Origin: Octopus vulgaris
Lineage: Eukaryota
Direction of reading: 5' to 3'
Length of the DNA stretch: 64,000 nucleotides
NCBI GenBank assembly: GCA_951406725.2
Contig: OX597825.1
Span: 39,060,001 to 39,124,000, forward strand
Shown here: positions 1 through 12,559 of the stretch, in pieces
Layout of the letters: every line of letters starts with the position of its first letter
Position numbering within the stretch: the first letter of the stretch is position 1
Position numbers and translations under genes: made by a program
The notes under the pieces: model-generated
Told to the model about the DNA's origin: nothing
What the model saw: the letters and a program-made list of their open reading frames with translations, nothing else
Databases searched by the model: none

Positions 1-59
1 TTCCATCATTTCTATGTGTTGCGGCTTCCATTACATGATCTATAACTACTCCACCAAAA

Positions 60-101
<42 letters not shown>

Positions 102-400
102 TACATACACGCTCAACACACACACACACACATATATATATATATGTGTGTGTGTATATGTAAATTAAGAAATGGAAGTAAACGCAGGTGTTATTCAAAT
201 AATATTTTAATAAAACCTGCGTTCAACTCCATTTCTTTTTTTATCTGTGTCATTCAAAAACATTTCAAGAAACCCTGTAACTTCTACCTTTGTAAGTAGG
301 CTATAACATCCTTGGCACTTATGTGAGCTTTTCCTATCCTGGCAACTCTTTATTTATTTTTTTCCGTGTTACTTCTACATATTGAAAAAATACACATACA

Positions 401-475
<75 letters not shown>

Positions 476-894
476 AATATGTTATAAAATGAAAATAGAA
501 ACTACACGTGGAAACGTAATGGGGAAATTAAGAAAAATAAACGAAAATGCACATTGTAAATAAAAAAAAGTCAAGGATTTTTATGAAAAGTAGCGAAAGA
601 TATATACAATTAGATGAACTGAGGTAGGAATAAAAGTAATAAACGTCGTTATTCTGAAATTATTGAAGAGATTCAAACGTATCGGTTTCGTAAGTTACTA
701 ATCATTGCTTTGAATACAACTATTCATTGCTTTGAATGCCCACAGATTAATGAACGGTGTCAGGTCTTCTAGTTCCTGAGAAAAAAGATTATTTGAAATG
801 GAGGTAAGTAGTTGTGGATTTGGTGCAATTAGGTTATAATTGTAATGTGAATGGTGTAAGGGATGGATGGGGGTTATTGGTGTTAATTGAACGG

Positions 895-1235
895 TTAGTA
901 TTGTTCTGAATCATGGTATGTGTTCATATTTAGTTGGGGAAGATATTTATTGAGGAAAGTTGCCCCTTTATTCACTCTATGTTGGACTGAGTTGTTCTGC
1001 GAACATTGATAGAAGGGGAAAATTTTGAAATTACGATTAAGATTCCTAGCACATCTTTCTATGTGTTCATTAACCTGTAACTCTCTGTATTGTGGGTGGC
1101 GGATTTGTTCTTTGCGGGTAGTTGTTTTTCGACGGCGTGATAATCCTGTTTGGCCAATATAGTTGTTACCACATCCTAAACATGTCAATGCATGGCTTGA
1201 CATTTTATTAGGCACTGGTAAAACTTGATTTGATC
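895..1235 (-). mobile_element. Penelope-like element, 3' GIY-YIG endonuclease remnant
   Basis: ORF 895..1377 reads ALTCLGCGNNYIGQTG...EHI...FKIFPFY, the CxxC + YIG motif of the PLE endonuclease. The 5' side is truncated at (TA)n/(TG)n. Confidence 0.85.
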
Positions 1236-1236
1236 T

Positions 1237-1338
<102 letters not shown>

Positions 1339-1407
1339 TGTGTGTATGTATGTATATGTATATATAAAACCATGCATGCGTATAAATATTTATGTGCATA
1401 TATATAT

Positions 1408-1451
<44 letters not shown>

Positions 1452-1659
1452 TTTATATAGAGGTATAACTGTGCATGGGGTATGTTTGTATGTGTGTGTG
1501 CATACGCTTAGATGCATGATGTGTGCGATATTTTCAACCGAGACGCTCTGATTGTATCTGGTACTTCTGTGCATATATTTAATAGATTACTGACATTTAT
1601 TAATGCTCTCTCCTGTTTCAGACTATACGCGTATGCTAGTTAGTTAATATTTCCTTAGT

Positions 1660-1872
1660 AAGAGTGAACCACCAGAACCCTTAGTGCATTCGATATGAAC
1701 TTAACCGCGTTTCTTTCTGTTAGACCTTGTGAGTTCTAATGCTGCCAACGTTATCTTTGACATTCATTCTTCATAATCGATAAAATAGGTACCAGTTGAA
1801 TACTGGGTCGATGTAATCAACTTAAATACTTGCCTGAAATTCCTGGCGTTGTGCCAAAATTTGAGACCAACC
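1660..1872 (+). mobile_element. Degenerate tRNA-derived SINE (Meta-domain-like family)
   Basis: cattcattcttcataatcgataaaataggtaccagttgaatactgggtcgatgtaatc...gtgccaaaatttga is shared with the copies at 14920, 16068, 19165 and 51840. Confidence 0.7.
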
Positions 1873-2896
1873 TTTCTTGTTAATCCTAGTTTGCAACGTT
1901 ATGTTGAAATATTCACATATTTAAAATTTTTTATGCCGTATAATGCAACATTACGTGAATGGTGATTTTTCAGCGAAAACACTTCTTCGGGGCAAAACCA
2001 TAGAATGTTTACAAATCTATTCATTTTCGCATTTATTCTGTATGTATTAAATGAATACTAAATACTTTTCTGGAAGTTTAATCAGGATATTGTGCGCGCG
2101 CACTCACACGCACATACACAAAACATACACACACACAAACACGAGACTTTACTTTTTGACTACTAGTCTAAAATCTGATGTTATGCATACGCAAAGTAAT
2201 GCATAGTGGATTAAACGCTGAGATGTTTTCCAAGCTGTTAACATACTTTTAACTCGGAACAACATGACTAAATAATTTTAAATACGAGAGAGTGAATTAT
2301 GGTGCCAATCACGCCAAACAATATAAACATCGTTATTTATCGAAGTCTAAGATCGGTTAGAAAAATTATTAATATTAATTTAAACTGTAACTGAAATAAA
2401 TTTAATAAATTATAAACCTCTATGATATTATATATATATATATGTTATACACACACAAACACACACATATATATGTATGTATGTATGTGTGTGTGTTTGC
2501 GTATGTATGTGCGTGTGTGCGTGTGTGCGCGGGTGTGTGTATGTGTGTGTGAGCGTGTTTGTGTATTTGTATACATTTTAAATATACATAGAAAAGCTAT
2601 TCTATTATGCTGGCTATAGTCTGATGACACCAACTGGCAATACCAGTTTTTTAGGTCGTACTGAGGTGTCCCGATATAATAAAGGGAAAATATAGTAATA
2701 ATGGCAATAAACCTTGGTTGGAATTTGTAAATATTTTAATGCGTGTTTCCACAAATCATGTATTTCTTAAGATTATAACCCGTATTACTGGGATACTACA
2801 GTCCGTAGTATCCATGAACATCGGGTAGATCATGTTCATGCATTGATCGCTTCTTGTAGTGATGCATTAAAATAGTTGTAAATTCCATCCAATACT

Positions 2897-4055
2897 TATC
2901 AGGTTGATTAAAAAGTATCCACCATTTTCAACCATGAAGAATTTGTACTGGACTTTAGGAGAGTCTTAAACACATATAAATACATTTTTGCAATTGTCTG
3001 ATAATACAGACAGACTTGCCCAAATACATCAATAAATTAACATTGATATATTTTTCACTGTTGTTACAATAAGCTGAAATGAACTGACAAAGCATGATAT
3101 TAAACTTTAAAAAGACGTAAAACAGCTGAAACTACTCGTGATATCAACGAAAAGTTTGATGAGGAAATGACCATGAGACGTGAACCTCGAAGATCGCGAG
3201 CGTAGTAGATGGTCATATGTCATCGATAACGGTAAATTGCAGACCGTCATTGAAACAGATCCACGTTAAACCACGCGAGCACTGACAAAAGAGCATCGAA
3301 GTAGCTAGAAAACCGCATGCAACTATTTGCATGCGATCGGAATATCAAAACCGCGCGTCAAATGTGTACCAAACGATTTGAATGAAAATCAGAATATGCG
3401 CAGATATGAAATTTGCGCGTCGCTTTTTCTTTGTAACCAGAAGGTAGAGATCTCGATCGCATTGTAAATTGCGATGAAAAGTGTTTGGACCAAAATGAAG
3501 CACTGAAAATCTTTTCTAAACCTGAGTTCTTCAAAAAGCAGGTTATGGTGAATGTTTGGTGGTATACAGTTGGATTCTGAAAAACCAGAAAAAACATTGC
3601 TGCAGAACATATTGCCATGAAATTGCAAAAATGAACGAAAACCTGCTACCACTCCATCCTAGGCTGGTCAACAGAAGAGTGCTAATCATTCTTCATGACA
3701 ATGCTCGACCATATATTTCACTAATGAATCTCCAGAATTTGAGGGAACGTCGATACGAAGTTCTTCCCCATCAGCTTATTCCCAAAATATTTCTCCGACT
3801 GACTATCACTTTTTCAAGAAGCTTGATGGTTTTCTGCGTGAGAAGTTCAAAAACCAATCCGATGCTGAACGTGCGATCGAAGAGTTGATCAGCTTAAGAA
3901 CTCCAGCTTTACAGAACAAGATAGATAAAAGTGTTGGCAAAAATATATCGATTGTTGGCAAAATGTATTGATGAATAAAATTTCCGCATTGTTGAAATAT
4001 ATTTTGATGAATTTCATGTTTCAAAACGTTGCTTAATTTTTTACTCAGTCTGATA
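2897..4055 (+). mobile_element. Decayed mariner transposon with TIRs
   Basis: TIRs tatcaggttgattaaaaagt and (rc) tatcagactgagtaaaaaatt. Peptides VMVNVWW, LVNRRVLIILHDNARP, YEVLPH and DYHFF. Frameshifted. Confidence 0.9.
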
Positions 4056-4328
4056 TTACTAATATTGTTACTATATCATTAGCACTGTAATGTCCAGCAG
4101 TATTTCACACGTCGCCTCGTTTTGAGTTGACACTCCGCTGCATTCGACTTACATATATATATATATGTATGTGTATATATAGTTCAGCAAAATTTAGATT
4201 CAGATGGATATGTTTCTTAAGTTAAATGCACCAGAATTTGTGATAGTATTATCCATATAAATCAAATGGGGTGATTATAATCAAAATAAGCAACAACGAT
4301 ATCTAATGTAGTGTAGTACAATCGTTTC

Positions 4329-4371
4329 ATGCTACATCAGTTTTAAAATGTAGAGCAATCTTCAGCCACAT
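4329..4371 (-). ncRNA. Degenerate type I hammerhead motif in the PLE pLTR
   Basis: Minus strand: atgt-gg-CTGAAGA-ttgctctacatttt-AAAAC-tgat-GTA-gcat. The inverted copy at 9986..10030 keeps GAAAC. Confidence 0.5.
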
Positions 4372-5849
4372 AGAGAATTTTTTTAATTTAATGGAAAATG
4401 CACATTTTTATGTTTATTTCATTTGCTAACATTATAAACATGGTGGATATATAGACAGAGAGGTTAATTTCATCATTATGAACATGGTAGTAGAAGGTCC
4501 TTCTCCATCTGTAGATTTTTTATCACTGAGTTCACTCTGTTATTTAGATTTATCAATGGGGAGGGGTTTTCTTTATTTGGTTCAATGGAGACAAACAAGA
4601 ATGTTTTCTATTTATAGATAGAGGAAGGAGTAGTACAAATGTCGAAGTCATAAATCCAACCCATTTTGAGGAATATAACTTAAGCGCATTTGAATGTATT
4701 TTAGCTAAAGTTAGTAGGCTGAAGCTAGTGGGGTAGGGAGAATAGAGACTACTAATGATCTAGAGATTTCTAATGTCCTCTACCATTTAACAGCTATAAT
4801 TTCGCTTGTGAATTGTAAATAAATATCCTTTAGATAGTTTTACCGAAGGATTCCAATAAATTTTAGTATCTTATATAGTGATAGAAAATATAGAAATCAT
4901 TTCCTATTTATATAAATATATATATATCAATTTCTATTAATATAGATTCATAGCTAGTAAATAGTGAATTATTTTATTAATGAGCTATATTAAAATAAGC
5001 TACACAAAATATTTATTAACTCTAAAAACAATTTATCAATTAGCACATATATCAGGAGTCTATAAGATATATTCAAATATAAGGGGAAGGGAAGTAATCA
5101 AGGTGAACTAAAAAATACACTAGATATATAGAATTTATGCAATCCTATATAGGAATATATCAAAAGATTCTAATTTCACTTTATTCAAATCATTTATATT
5201 ATAAAATTTCTTAATAATCTATGCAGGTTAAATAAAAGCTAGTATGGTATATTAATTCCTTATTTGGTTACAAAATATTAAGGTGGCAAAATGTATGCAG
5301 GATTTCCTAGTTCAGAACAGTTATTCAATAAATTTATATTATTCCTATGTTTCAAACTTTCATATGTCTCCATAGAACAAAGTTCACATCCATCCCTACT
5401 ATATTCATAAGTCTGTGGCTTTCATATTATATCTCATTTTAGGATAAATTCGATATTTTTTCTCTCAATTCCCAATTTTAATGGACAGCGTTGTGCAACT
5501 CGCCTTATGTTTATGCCTAAAATTTGAAAAATGATTGTTCAAACATTTCTTCAGGTCTATCGAACATCCGAAATAAAGATAGCTATTATCTAAAGTCATT
5601 ATTGTACATTGATAAATTATATTTTGAACCAAACACCTACCAGATACAGGACAACTTAATCTAATTCTACAATTACAACTGGGGGGATGATTCCTGATAT
5701 AAGTATTATTTAGAAACAAGCTGTTTTCATTTTCCTTATTAGAGCTATTACTAGCATTAATGTTATTTCCCTTATCTATAAATATATTGTTATGTATGTT
5801 AGGGTTGTTTGTTACAAATATTTTCTTTATTTCCTCACTTTCAACATTT

Positions 5850-5952
5850 TAATTATTATCATTTATATTATTGATATTATTATTATTATTGTTTATATTA
5901 ATGTTATTATTATTATTATTAATATTATCATTATTATAATAAATATTATTAA

Positions 5953-6003
<51 letters not shown>

Positions 6004-6024
6004 CATCATTATTATTATTATTAT
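5850..6024. repeat. (TAT/ATA)n microsatellite, target tract of the LINE
   Basis: Long attattatt run that continues at 7971-8075 on the far side of the LINE. Confidence 0.95.
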
Positions 6025-7011
6025 TCAGTAGTTTTATTTTTATAGCGTGCTTTCACTTCAATACCGAGCGCAGCTTTGTGTACCTTAGGTATGTGCTGTA
6101 ATTTGTTGTGATGCTCTGATGGTAGGATGTGTGCAGTGCCTAGTAGTGCAATTTTCTGTATGTTATATGTGTTTGTAAGTCCTGATGTTTTTGTTATGTA
6201 TTTGTCTGAATATTTTTTTAACATGCCTAATGCACCCACTATGATAGGAATTGTTTCTGTTTTTAGATTCCACATTCTGGTTACCTCTATTTCCAGGTCT
6301 TTTTATTTTGAGAGTTTCTCCATTTCTTTTACAGACACGTTGTCATCTGCCGGTATTGATACATCAATTAGAAAGCATTTTGTTTCATATGATCTCTGAC
6401 AGCTATATCTGGTCTGTTGACCTTAATTTCTCTATCTCTGTGTATCGGCATATCCCAGAGTATGGTTGCTTTCTCGTTTTCTGTGACCTTTTCTGGTGTG
6501 TGCCTATACCATCTTTCTTATGATGTTATTCCATAATGTTGGCATAGCTTCCAATGTATGTAGGTTCCAACTCTGTCATGTCTGTGAATATATTCCTTCT
6601 TAGCCAGGACTGGACAGCCAGAGATAATATGATTTATTGTTTCTTGTCCATCTCCAGATATTCTGCAGTTACTTGTTATATTTCTTTTCATTACATGTTT
6701 TTGGTAATTTCTGGTGGGGAGGCTTTGGTCTTGTGCTGCAATTAAAAATCCCGCTGTCTCTCATTTGAGTCCTGAGCTTCTCAACCATTGCTGGGATTTT
6801 TCTTTGTCTATTTCGTTTGCGTTTAGTTTAGTGCAGTATTTACCATGAAGGGGCTTTTCTTGCCATCGTTTTATCGTGGTTCGTTGCTGTTCTATTTTTA
6901 GTTTGGATTTCATTTGTTTTATAGCTTTTGTTGTTTCTTCTTCTTCTTCTTCTTCTTCTTCTTCTTCTTCTTCTTCTTCTTCTTCTTCTTCTTCTTCTTC
7001 TTCTTCTTCTT

Positions 7012-7042
<31 letters not shown>

Positions 7043-7970
7043 TTTATTAGTTGGTATGATTTCTTGTTTGTATTTGTCAGCTTCCTTAAATACCGAGAAC
7101 AGTTTTTTATTTTGCTCGTGTTTTGCCGCTATTTGTATCAGTTTTCCTTTCTTCTGAAGTAGATATTTTTGCAGTCCTATGGTGGTTATTTTATAGTAGT
7201 TTTCCAGCTGTATAAGGCCTCTACCACCTTCTATACGTTGTATAAATAGTCTTTCTATGTCAGATTCTGGGTGAAGCATCCTAGATCCTGTCATTATTTT
7301 TCTTGTTTTCCTATCTATTTTGGTCAGTTCATTTAGTGTCCAGTTAAGTATATTGTAGCTGTAACTTATAACTGGGACAGCTAAAGTGTTAATACTTTTA
7401 TCATCTTGTTTTTAGCATTGAGCTCTGTTTTTAGTATTGATCTAACTCGTCTATAATATTCTTTTTTATTTTCTCTTTCATTTGTGTGTGTTGTGTCTTA
7501 TCTCGTTCATGGATTCCTAAGTATTTGTAAATTTGGCTTTGGTCTAATACTTTTATTTCATTGGTTTTATCTAGTGTGATGTTGCTACTCTTAACTAGTT
7601 TTCCTCTTTTCATGGTGACTTTGGCGCATTTTTCTAATCCAAATTTCATATCTATTTCTTTGGTAAATCCATGAACTGTTTTTAATAGTGTTTCCAGCTG
7701 TTTGTCATTTGCAGCGTATAGTTTTAGGTCATCCATATATAAAATGTGACTGATCGTTTTGCCGTAACATTTATATCTGCATCCAGTTCCATTTACCATA
7801 TCAGAATAGAGGTGACAGTGCCAAGTAGAAAAGGAGTGGAGAGAGCGTGTCTCCCTGGAATATTCCTCTTCTAATGGGGATGGCTTTGGTTTTCATGAGT
7901 CCCTCTTTTGTTTGGAGCTGTAGCACTGTTTGGCATTTATTCATAGAGTACCCTATGAATTTTATAATTG
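6025..7970 (-). mobile_element. 5'-truncated R4/Dong-clade non-LTR retrotransposon (RT, CCHC, restriction-like endonuclease)
   Basis: RGIFQGDTLSPLLF and HILYMDDLKLYA (RT). CRI..ETINHIISGC (CCHC). LWDMPIHRDREIKVNRPDI..LIDVSIP..K (REL). MWNLKTETIPIIVGALG. Both ends lie in (TAA)n. Confidence 0.9.
6935..7040. repeat. (TTC)n expansion inside the LINE ORF
   Basis: Pure ttc run of about 35 units. Confidence 0.95.
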
Positions 7971-8008
<38 letters not shown>

Positions 8009-9985
8009 CATCATCATCATCGTTATTATTATTATTATTATTTTTATTGTTGTTGTTGTTGTTGTTGTTGCTATTTATAACATTTATGGCTAACTTAATA
8101 TTTTTTCTATTTAGTCTAGCTATTATGATACCCATATTTGGAAGAGCAGAGTATTACATTCTCACTGATTTACTAGAAATTATTTTATAATATTTATGAA
8201 AATCAGGGAAGTTCGTTTCTAGTATGGACATAAATTTGCCGTATATGTTTGGGAATATTTAACCATACAGCATTTGCTTTTTTTGAATTTTTTTTATTTG
8301 AGTAAGGGTGGGAAAGATTAATGTTATCTATATCATTCAGAGATTGTTATACCCTTTAATCTATATTTATATTTGTTAGGTTTTTTTATCAGTGGGAGAG
8401 ATTTTTATATTATTACTTGTATTTATTTTATCTTGCTTAAACGTTTTATACTTATTTATGACCTGTTTGCCATTTCTATTTATTGTATCGGGTTTATATA
8501 CTAGGTTATCTGTTTTGGTTGATTTATATATTTTTAAAGTTGAAGATTCTATATTATTTGAGTTACTTTCATTCAATCCTTCATTTGAAAGATTTATATT
8601 ATCAAGATCTAGGAAGGTGATTTCCTGGTCATATTCAACTATCGATAAGGCAACATTGTAATGATGTGAGTGAGAATTAAAAATTTCATTGTTAGATGAT
8701 AATTTTGAAATTCTTCTTGAAATATTTTTCATTATCGATTTCAGTATATTAGGGGGGTGATTTGATAAATTGTTTACGTATCTAGTAACATCACCATCTT
8801 TTCTGTATGGGTAATATAATTTTGAGTTTAAATCTAAAGTAACATCTAGAAAGTTAACTATATTAGTGTTATATTCATAAGTGATACCTAAGTTCCTTAT
8901 TCTCCCAATTATCGATTTATTATTACTACGTACGATCAATAATGCATCATTCCCATATAAACCCCTTTGTAATTCGGGGATCTCTATATATGCATTTTAA
9001 TATATATGTTCCTAATAATTAGTTACCTCCCCCGAATATCTAGAGCCCATGGGTATATCAAAATTATTTGGGGTATCAGCTCTAGTAGACAAGTTTCCCT
9101 CAAATTCAATGATAGTTTTTCTAGCTAGTAAAATAATATCAATTTCTTCCCGAGTTATGAGAGAGAGGATTTTAGCATAAATTAGTAATTTATTTAAGAG
9201 AATAGGAGATAAGGGGATATACTAGAATAGTAGTTATTAATATCAAATTGGATGAATGAATATCAGCTATTATTATTTAAGGATTTAAACCAATTGATTA
9301 CCTCATCAGTGTTAATCCATAATTTCAAGGAAAGGTTAGGGATTATATGGGACAGAATATTGTCCAAAATAGATTTACTAAGTCGGCCACTATCTGACTT
9401 AGTTGGACATATAAATCTTACAGAAGGGTTCTCACAGAAATTTTTCTTGCGGTCTTGAACATTAATTTTAGGTTCACACGCTGTTAAAGTTTCTGTCCTG
9501 TCGGCTAAATCGTATTTCATCATAACTTTTTTCATTTCTAAATTAATATCCCCCAGGTTCTCCTTTGTAGTAATTTTATATCTCAAGTTCAGTTCTTTTC
9601 TAATAAGTTTACTGTACGTTGTATAATCAAGTGTATATAGGTTTCCAGTTTTATCAGCCTAACTTTGATATGCCTAAGTGATATTCCTCAAAATGGGGAT
9701 GGATTTATGGCGTCAACATTTGTGCTATTCCTTCGGCTATCTATGAATAGAAGCAATTCTTGTTTGTCTCCATTGAACCAAATAAAGAAACCCCGTCCCC
9801 ATTCATAAATCTAAATAACAAAGTGAACTCTGTGATAAAATCTACAGATGGAGAAGGACCTTCTACTACCATGTTCCTAATGATGAAATTAACCTCACTG
9901 TCAATATATCTACCCTGTTTATAATGTTGCCAAATGAAATAAGTATAAAAATGTGCATTGTCCATTAAATGTTTTAAAAAATCTA

Positions 9986-10030
9986 TATATCGGTGAAGAT
10001 TGTTCTACATTTTGAAACTGATGTAATATA
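9986..10030 (+). ncRNA. Degenerate hammerhead motif in the inverted pLTR
   Basis: tatat-cg-GTGAAGA-ttgttctacatttt-GAAAC-tgat-GTA-atata. Homolog of 4329..4371. Confidence 0.45.
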
Positions 10031-10173
10031 TACATTGTTTAATAAAATGAAGTTGCATGAAATGATTGTACTATACTTCATTGAATATCTTTGTTGCTTA
10101 GTTTGAGTATACCGTTAGTTCGTACATGCATTTTTTTCTCTCATTTTTTCTCTCCTTGTTTCTTTTCTGTGTA

Positions 10174-10211
10174 TCTTTCTGTCGAAGAGCGTAGGCTCGA
10201 AACGTAAAAGA
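10174..10211 (+). ncRNA. Minimal hammerhead-like motif
   Basis: tcttt-ctgtcgaa-GAGC-gtag-GCTC-GAAACGTA-aaaga. Stem I tcttt/aaaga, palindromic ACGT at stem III, non-canonical 5' core. Confidence 0.45.
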
Positions 10212-10308
10212 CTTGTTCTAATTCTATTCCTAAACGCCATACTAATACATATGTTTGTTTGTACTCCACCTGCCTTCGTCTTTTGTTTATTTTGGTAAAC
10301 CTTCCCGT

Positions 10309-10339
<31 letters not shown>

Positions 10340-10477
10340 CATAAATGAGGGCAAAGGAAAAAAATTTCTAATGACAAATATGCCGAAAAATTGGACGTAT
10401 TGTCCATTAACCATATAACTTTTTCACAATACGCAAAAAAGGTCGACAGAAATTTCTAAGAAATTCCCTTTTTACCA

Positions 10478-10530
10478 TATCGGACGGATTTCAGAGTTAG
10501 CTACTAAGAGCCCTCTCTTCGTCGGTGATA
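10478..10530 (-). ncRNA. Type I hammerhead (CCGACGA core), tandem copy 1
   Basis: Minus strand: tatca-CCGACGA-agag...ctct-GAAAT-cc-GTC-cgata. Confidence 0.6.
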
Positions 10531-10981
10531 CATGTGGCAAAAGAAATATATGAAATACTTACTCATACCCATGGAAGAAGCAAATACTAAGTCACGGGCA
10601 CAACTAAGTACCCCAAATACAACCAAAATAGAAGTACTCCAGCCCATTCGAGTCACGTGCGATTTGAACTGAGGCTCTCACAGAGTGAGTTAGTTACTTC
10701 GGAAGTGAACGCTTAAATTTATATCAAATGTGAGGATAAAATTCTTTTCGAAAAAAAAAATTTTCTCGAAATAAAAATGATCACTGGCCAACATATTAAA
10801 AAATACCTTTAACGGTTAAGTTCATAAACAATTCATAAATGAGGGCAAAGGAAAACATTTTCTAATGCCAAATATGCCGAAAAATTGGACATATTGTCCA
10901 TTAACCATATAATTTTTTCACAATACTCACGCTACTCGAAAAAAGGTCGACAGAAATTCCTAAGAAATTCCATTTTTACCA

Positions 10982-11034
10982 TATCGGACCGATTTCAGAG
11001 TTAGCTACTACGAGCCCTCTCTTAGTAAGTGATA
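10982..11034 (-). ncRNA. Hammerhead, tandem copy 2 (core mutated)
   Basis: Minus strand: tatca-CTTACTA-agag...ctct-GAAAT-cg-GTC-cgata. Confidence 0.45.
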
Positions 11035-11701
11035 CATGTGGCAAAAGAAATATATGAGATACTTACTCATACCCATGGAAGAAGCAAATACTAAGTCACG
11101 GGCACAACTAAGTACCCCAAATATATCCAAAATAGAAGTACTCCAGCCCATTCGAGTCACGTGCGATTTGAACTGAGGCTCTCACAGAGTGAGTTAGTTA
11201 CTTCGGAAGTGAACGCTTAAATTTATATCAAATGTGAGGATAAAATTCTTTTCGAAAAAAAAATATTTTCTCGAAAAAGAAATTATCACTGGCCAGCATA
11301 TTAAAAAATACCTTTAACGGTTAAATTTATAAATGAGGGCAAACGAAAAAATTTCTAATGCCAAATATGCCGAAAAATTGGACATATTGTCCATATAATT
11401 TTTTCACAATACGCACGCTACTCTTTGCCCTCATTTATGAATTGTTTATAAATTTAACCGTTAAAGGTATTTTTTAATATGCTGGCCATTGATAAAAATT
11501 TTTTCGACAAAGTTTTTTTCTTTTCGAAAAGAATTTTATCCTCACATTTTATATATCTATATCTATATCTATATCTATATCTATATATATAATTATATAT
11601 ATTGATAAAACGGTAAGATAACAAAAGAAAGAAAGAGACCTCAATATTATGTAAATAGAGGAAATTTATCTATACAATATGTAAACATTACTCGGTAGTC
11701 A

Positions 11702-11764
11702 AGATAAAACTCTGAGTTTCAGATGCCGAAGTGGAAATCCACAACACCATCTCTTCGGTTATCT
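11702..11764 (-). ncRNA. Type I hammerhead (CCGAAGA core), left arm of the palindrome
   Basis: Exact reverse complement of 11777..11839. Confidence 0.7.
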
Positions 11765-11776
11765 GGCTAAATAGCC

Positions 11777-11839
11777 AGATAACCGAAGAGATGGTGTTGT
11801 GGATTTCCACTTCGGCATCTGAAACTCAGAGTTTTATCT
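11777..11839 (+). ncRNA. Type I hammerhead (CCGAAGA core), right arm of the palindrome
   Basis: agataa-CCGAAGA-gatg...catct-GAAAC-tcaga-GTT^ttatct. 6-bp stem I. Confidence 0.7.
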
Positions 11840-11873
11840 TGACTACCGAGTAATGTAACATATTGTATAGATA

Positions 11874-11936
<63 letters not shown>

Positions 11937-12149
11937 CATATGCATATTTGAAATACGTCGAACATTTGAACATCACAATAAGTTTTAAAATTAATGAAAT
12001 TTGTTTCTACTATTATTAATAATTGTGTCCAAGAGAGATAGCGAGCTTGCAAAATGTTTTCAAATGAAGCATGAATTTTCATGTGGTCTTGGGTAAAATA
12101 GAAGTTACATTTGAAAAGCGATGGATAGCTTTGCTGAACCATGGTACAC

Positions 12150-12312
12150 TTTGTTTTCTGACTTTATTATCATCTTATAGTCATCTTATAAAAGTGACTT
12201 TTCTGACTTTTATTACTACCTCAGTCCATCTAAATGTATATATTTGTCGTTACCTGTCATAAAAAAAGTCTTTTCTTTATTTAAAATGTGCATTTTCGTT
12301 GATTTTTCATTT
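12150..12312. repeat. Dispersed non-coding repeat, inverted homolog of ~55202-55365
   Basis: catctaaatgtatatatttgtcgttacctgtcataaa matches the reverse complement of tttatgacaggtagtgacaaatatatacatttagat. Confidence 0.75.
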
Positions 12313-12331
12313 TTTACCCCTATATATATAC

Positions 12332-12375
<44 letters not shown>

Positions 12376-12391
12376 TTAATATATAGATATG

Positions 12392-12450
<59 letters not shown>

Positions 12451-12457
12451 ATATCCA

Positions 12458-12556
<99 letters not shown>

Positions 12557-12559
12557 TTT

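Larger units (their letters stand above)
4190..10112 (-). mobile_element. Penelope-like retroelement (RT + GIY-YIG) with a 3' pLTR and an inverted pLTR copy at its 5' end, interrupted by a LINE
   Basis: RT fragments 9263..9586 (NPSVRFICPTKSD), ~9040 (IPMGS) and 8376..8939 (VNFLDVTLDL...YPYRK...SNHPP). Endonuclease 5465..5719 (CNCR..CPVSGRCL..NIIYQC..YFG). The segment ~4280-4690 is the reverse complement of ~9670-10110. Confidence 0.85.
10336..11552 (-). repeat. Tandem array of ~494-bp HHR-bearing units (2.2 copies) plus a terminal inverted segment
   Basis: Units start at 10336, 10830 and ~11324. 11424-11552 is the reverse complement of the unit junction. Flanked by (TA)n. Confidence 0.9.
11667..11873. 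repeat. Near-perfect ~207-bp palindrome (arms ~103 bp, 2-nt loop at 11770-11771)
   Basis: The arms are reverse complements around ...ctggcta-aa-tagccag... Confidence 0.95.

Noticed and set aside
670-716. HHR remnant 3' of the first GIY-YIG (minus: attca...GAAAC-cgatac-GTT-tgaat)
   Set aside because: The position is plausible, but the 5' core (gcaatga) is too degenerate.
2615-2685. CTGATGA followed by a gacacc/ggtgtc stem
   Set aside because: There is no GAAA, stem III or stem I partner, so it cannot be called a hammerhead.
10336-11420. CRISPR-like or satellite array
   Set aside because: The units are ~500 bp with no repeat-spacer structure, and the context is eukaryotic.
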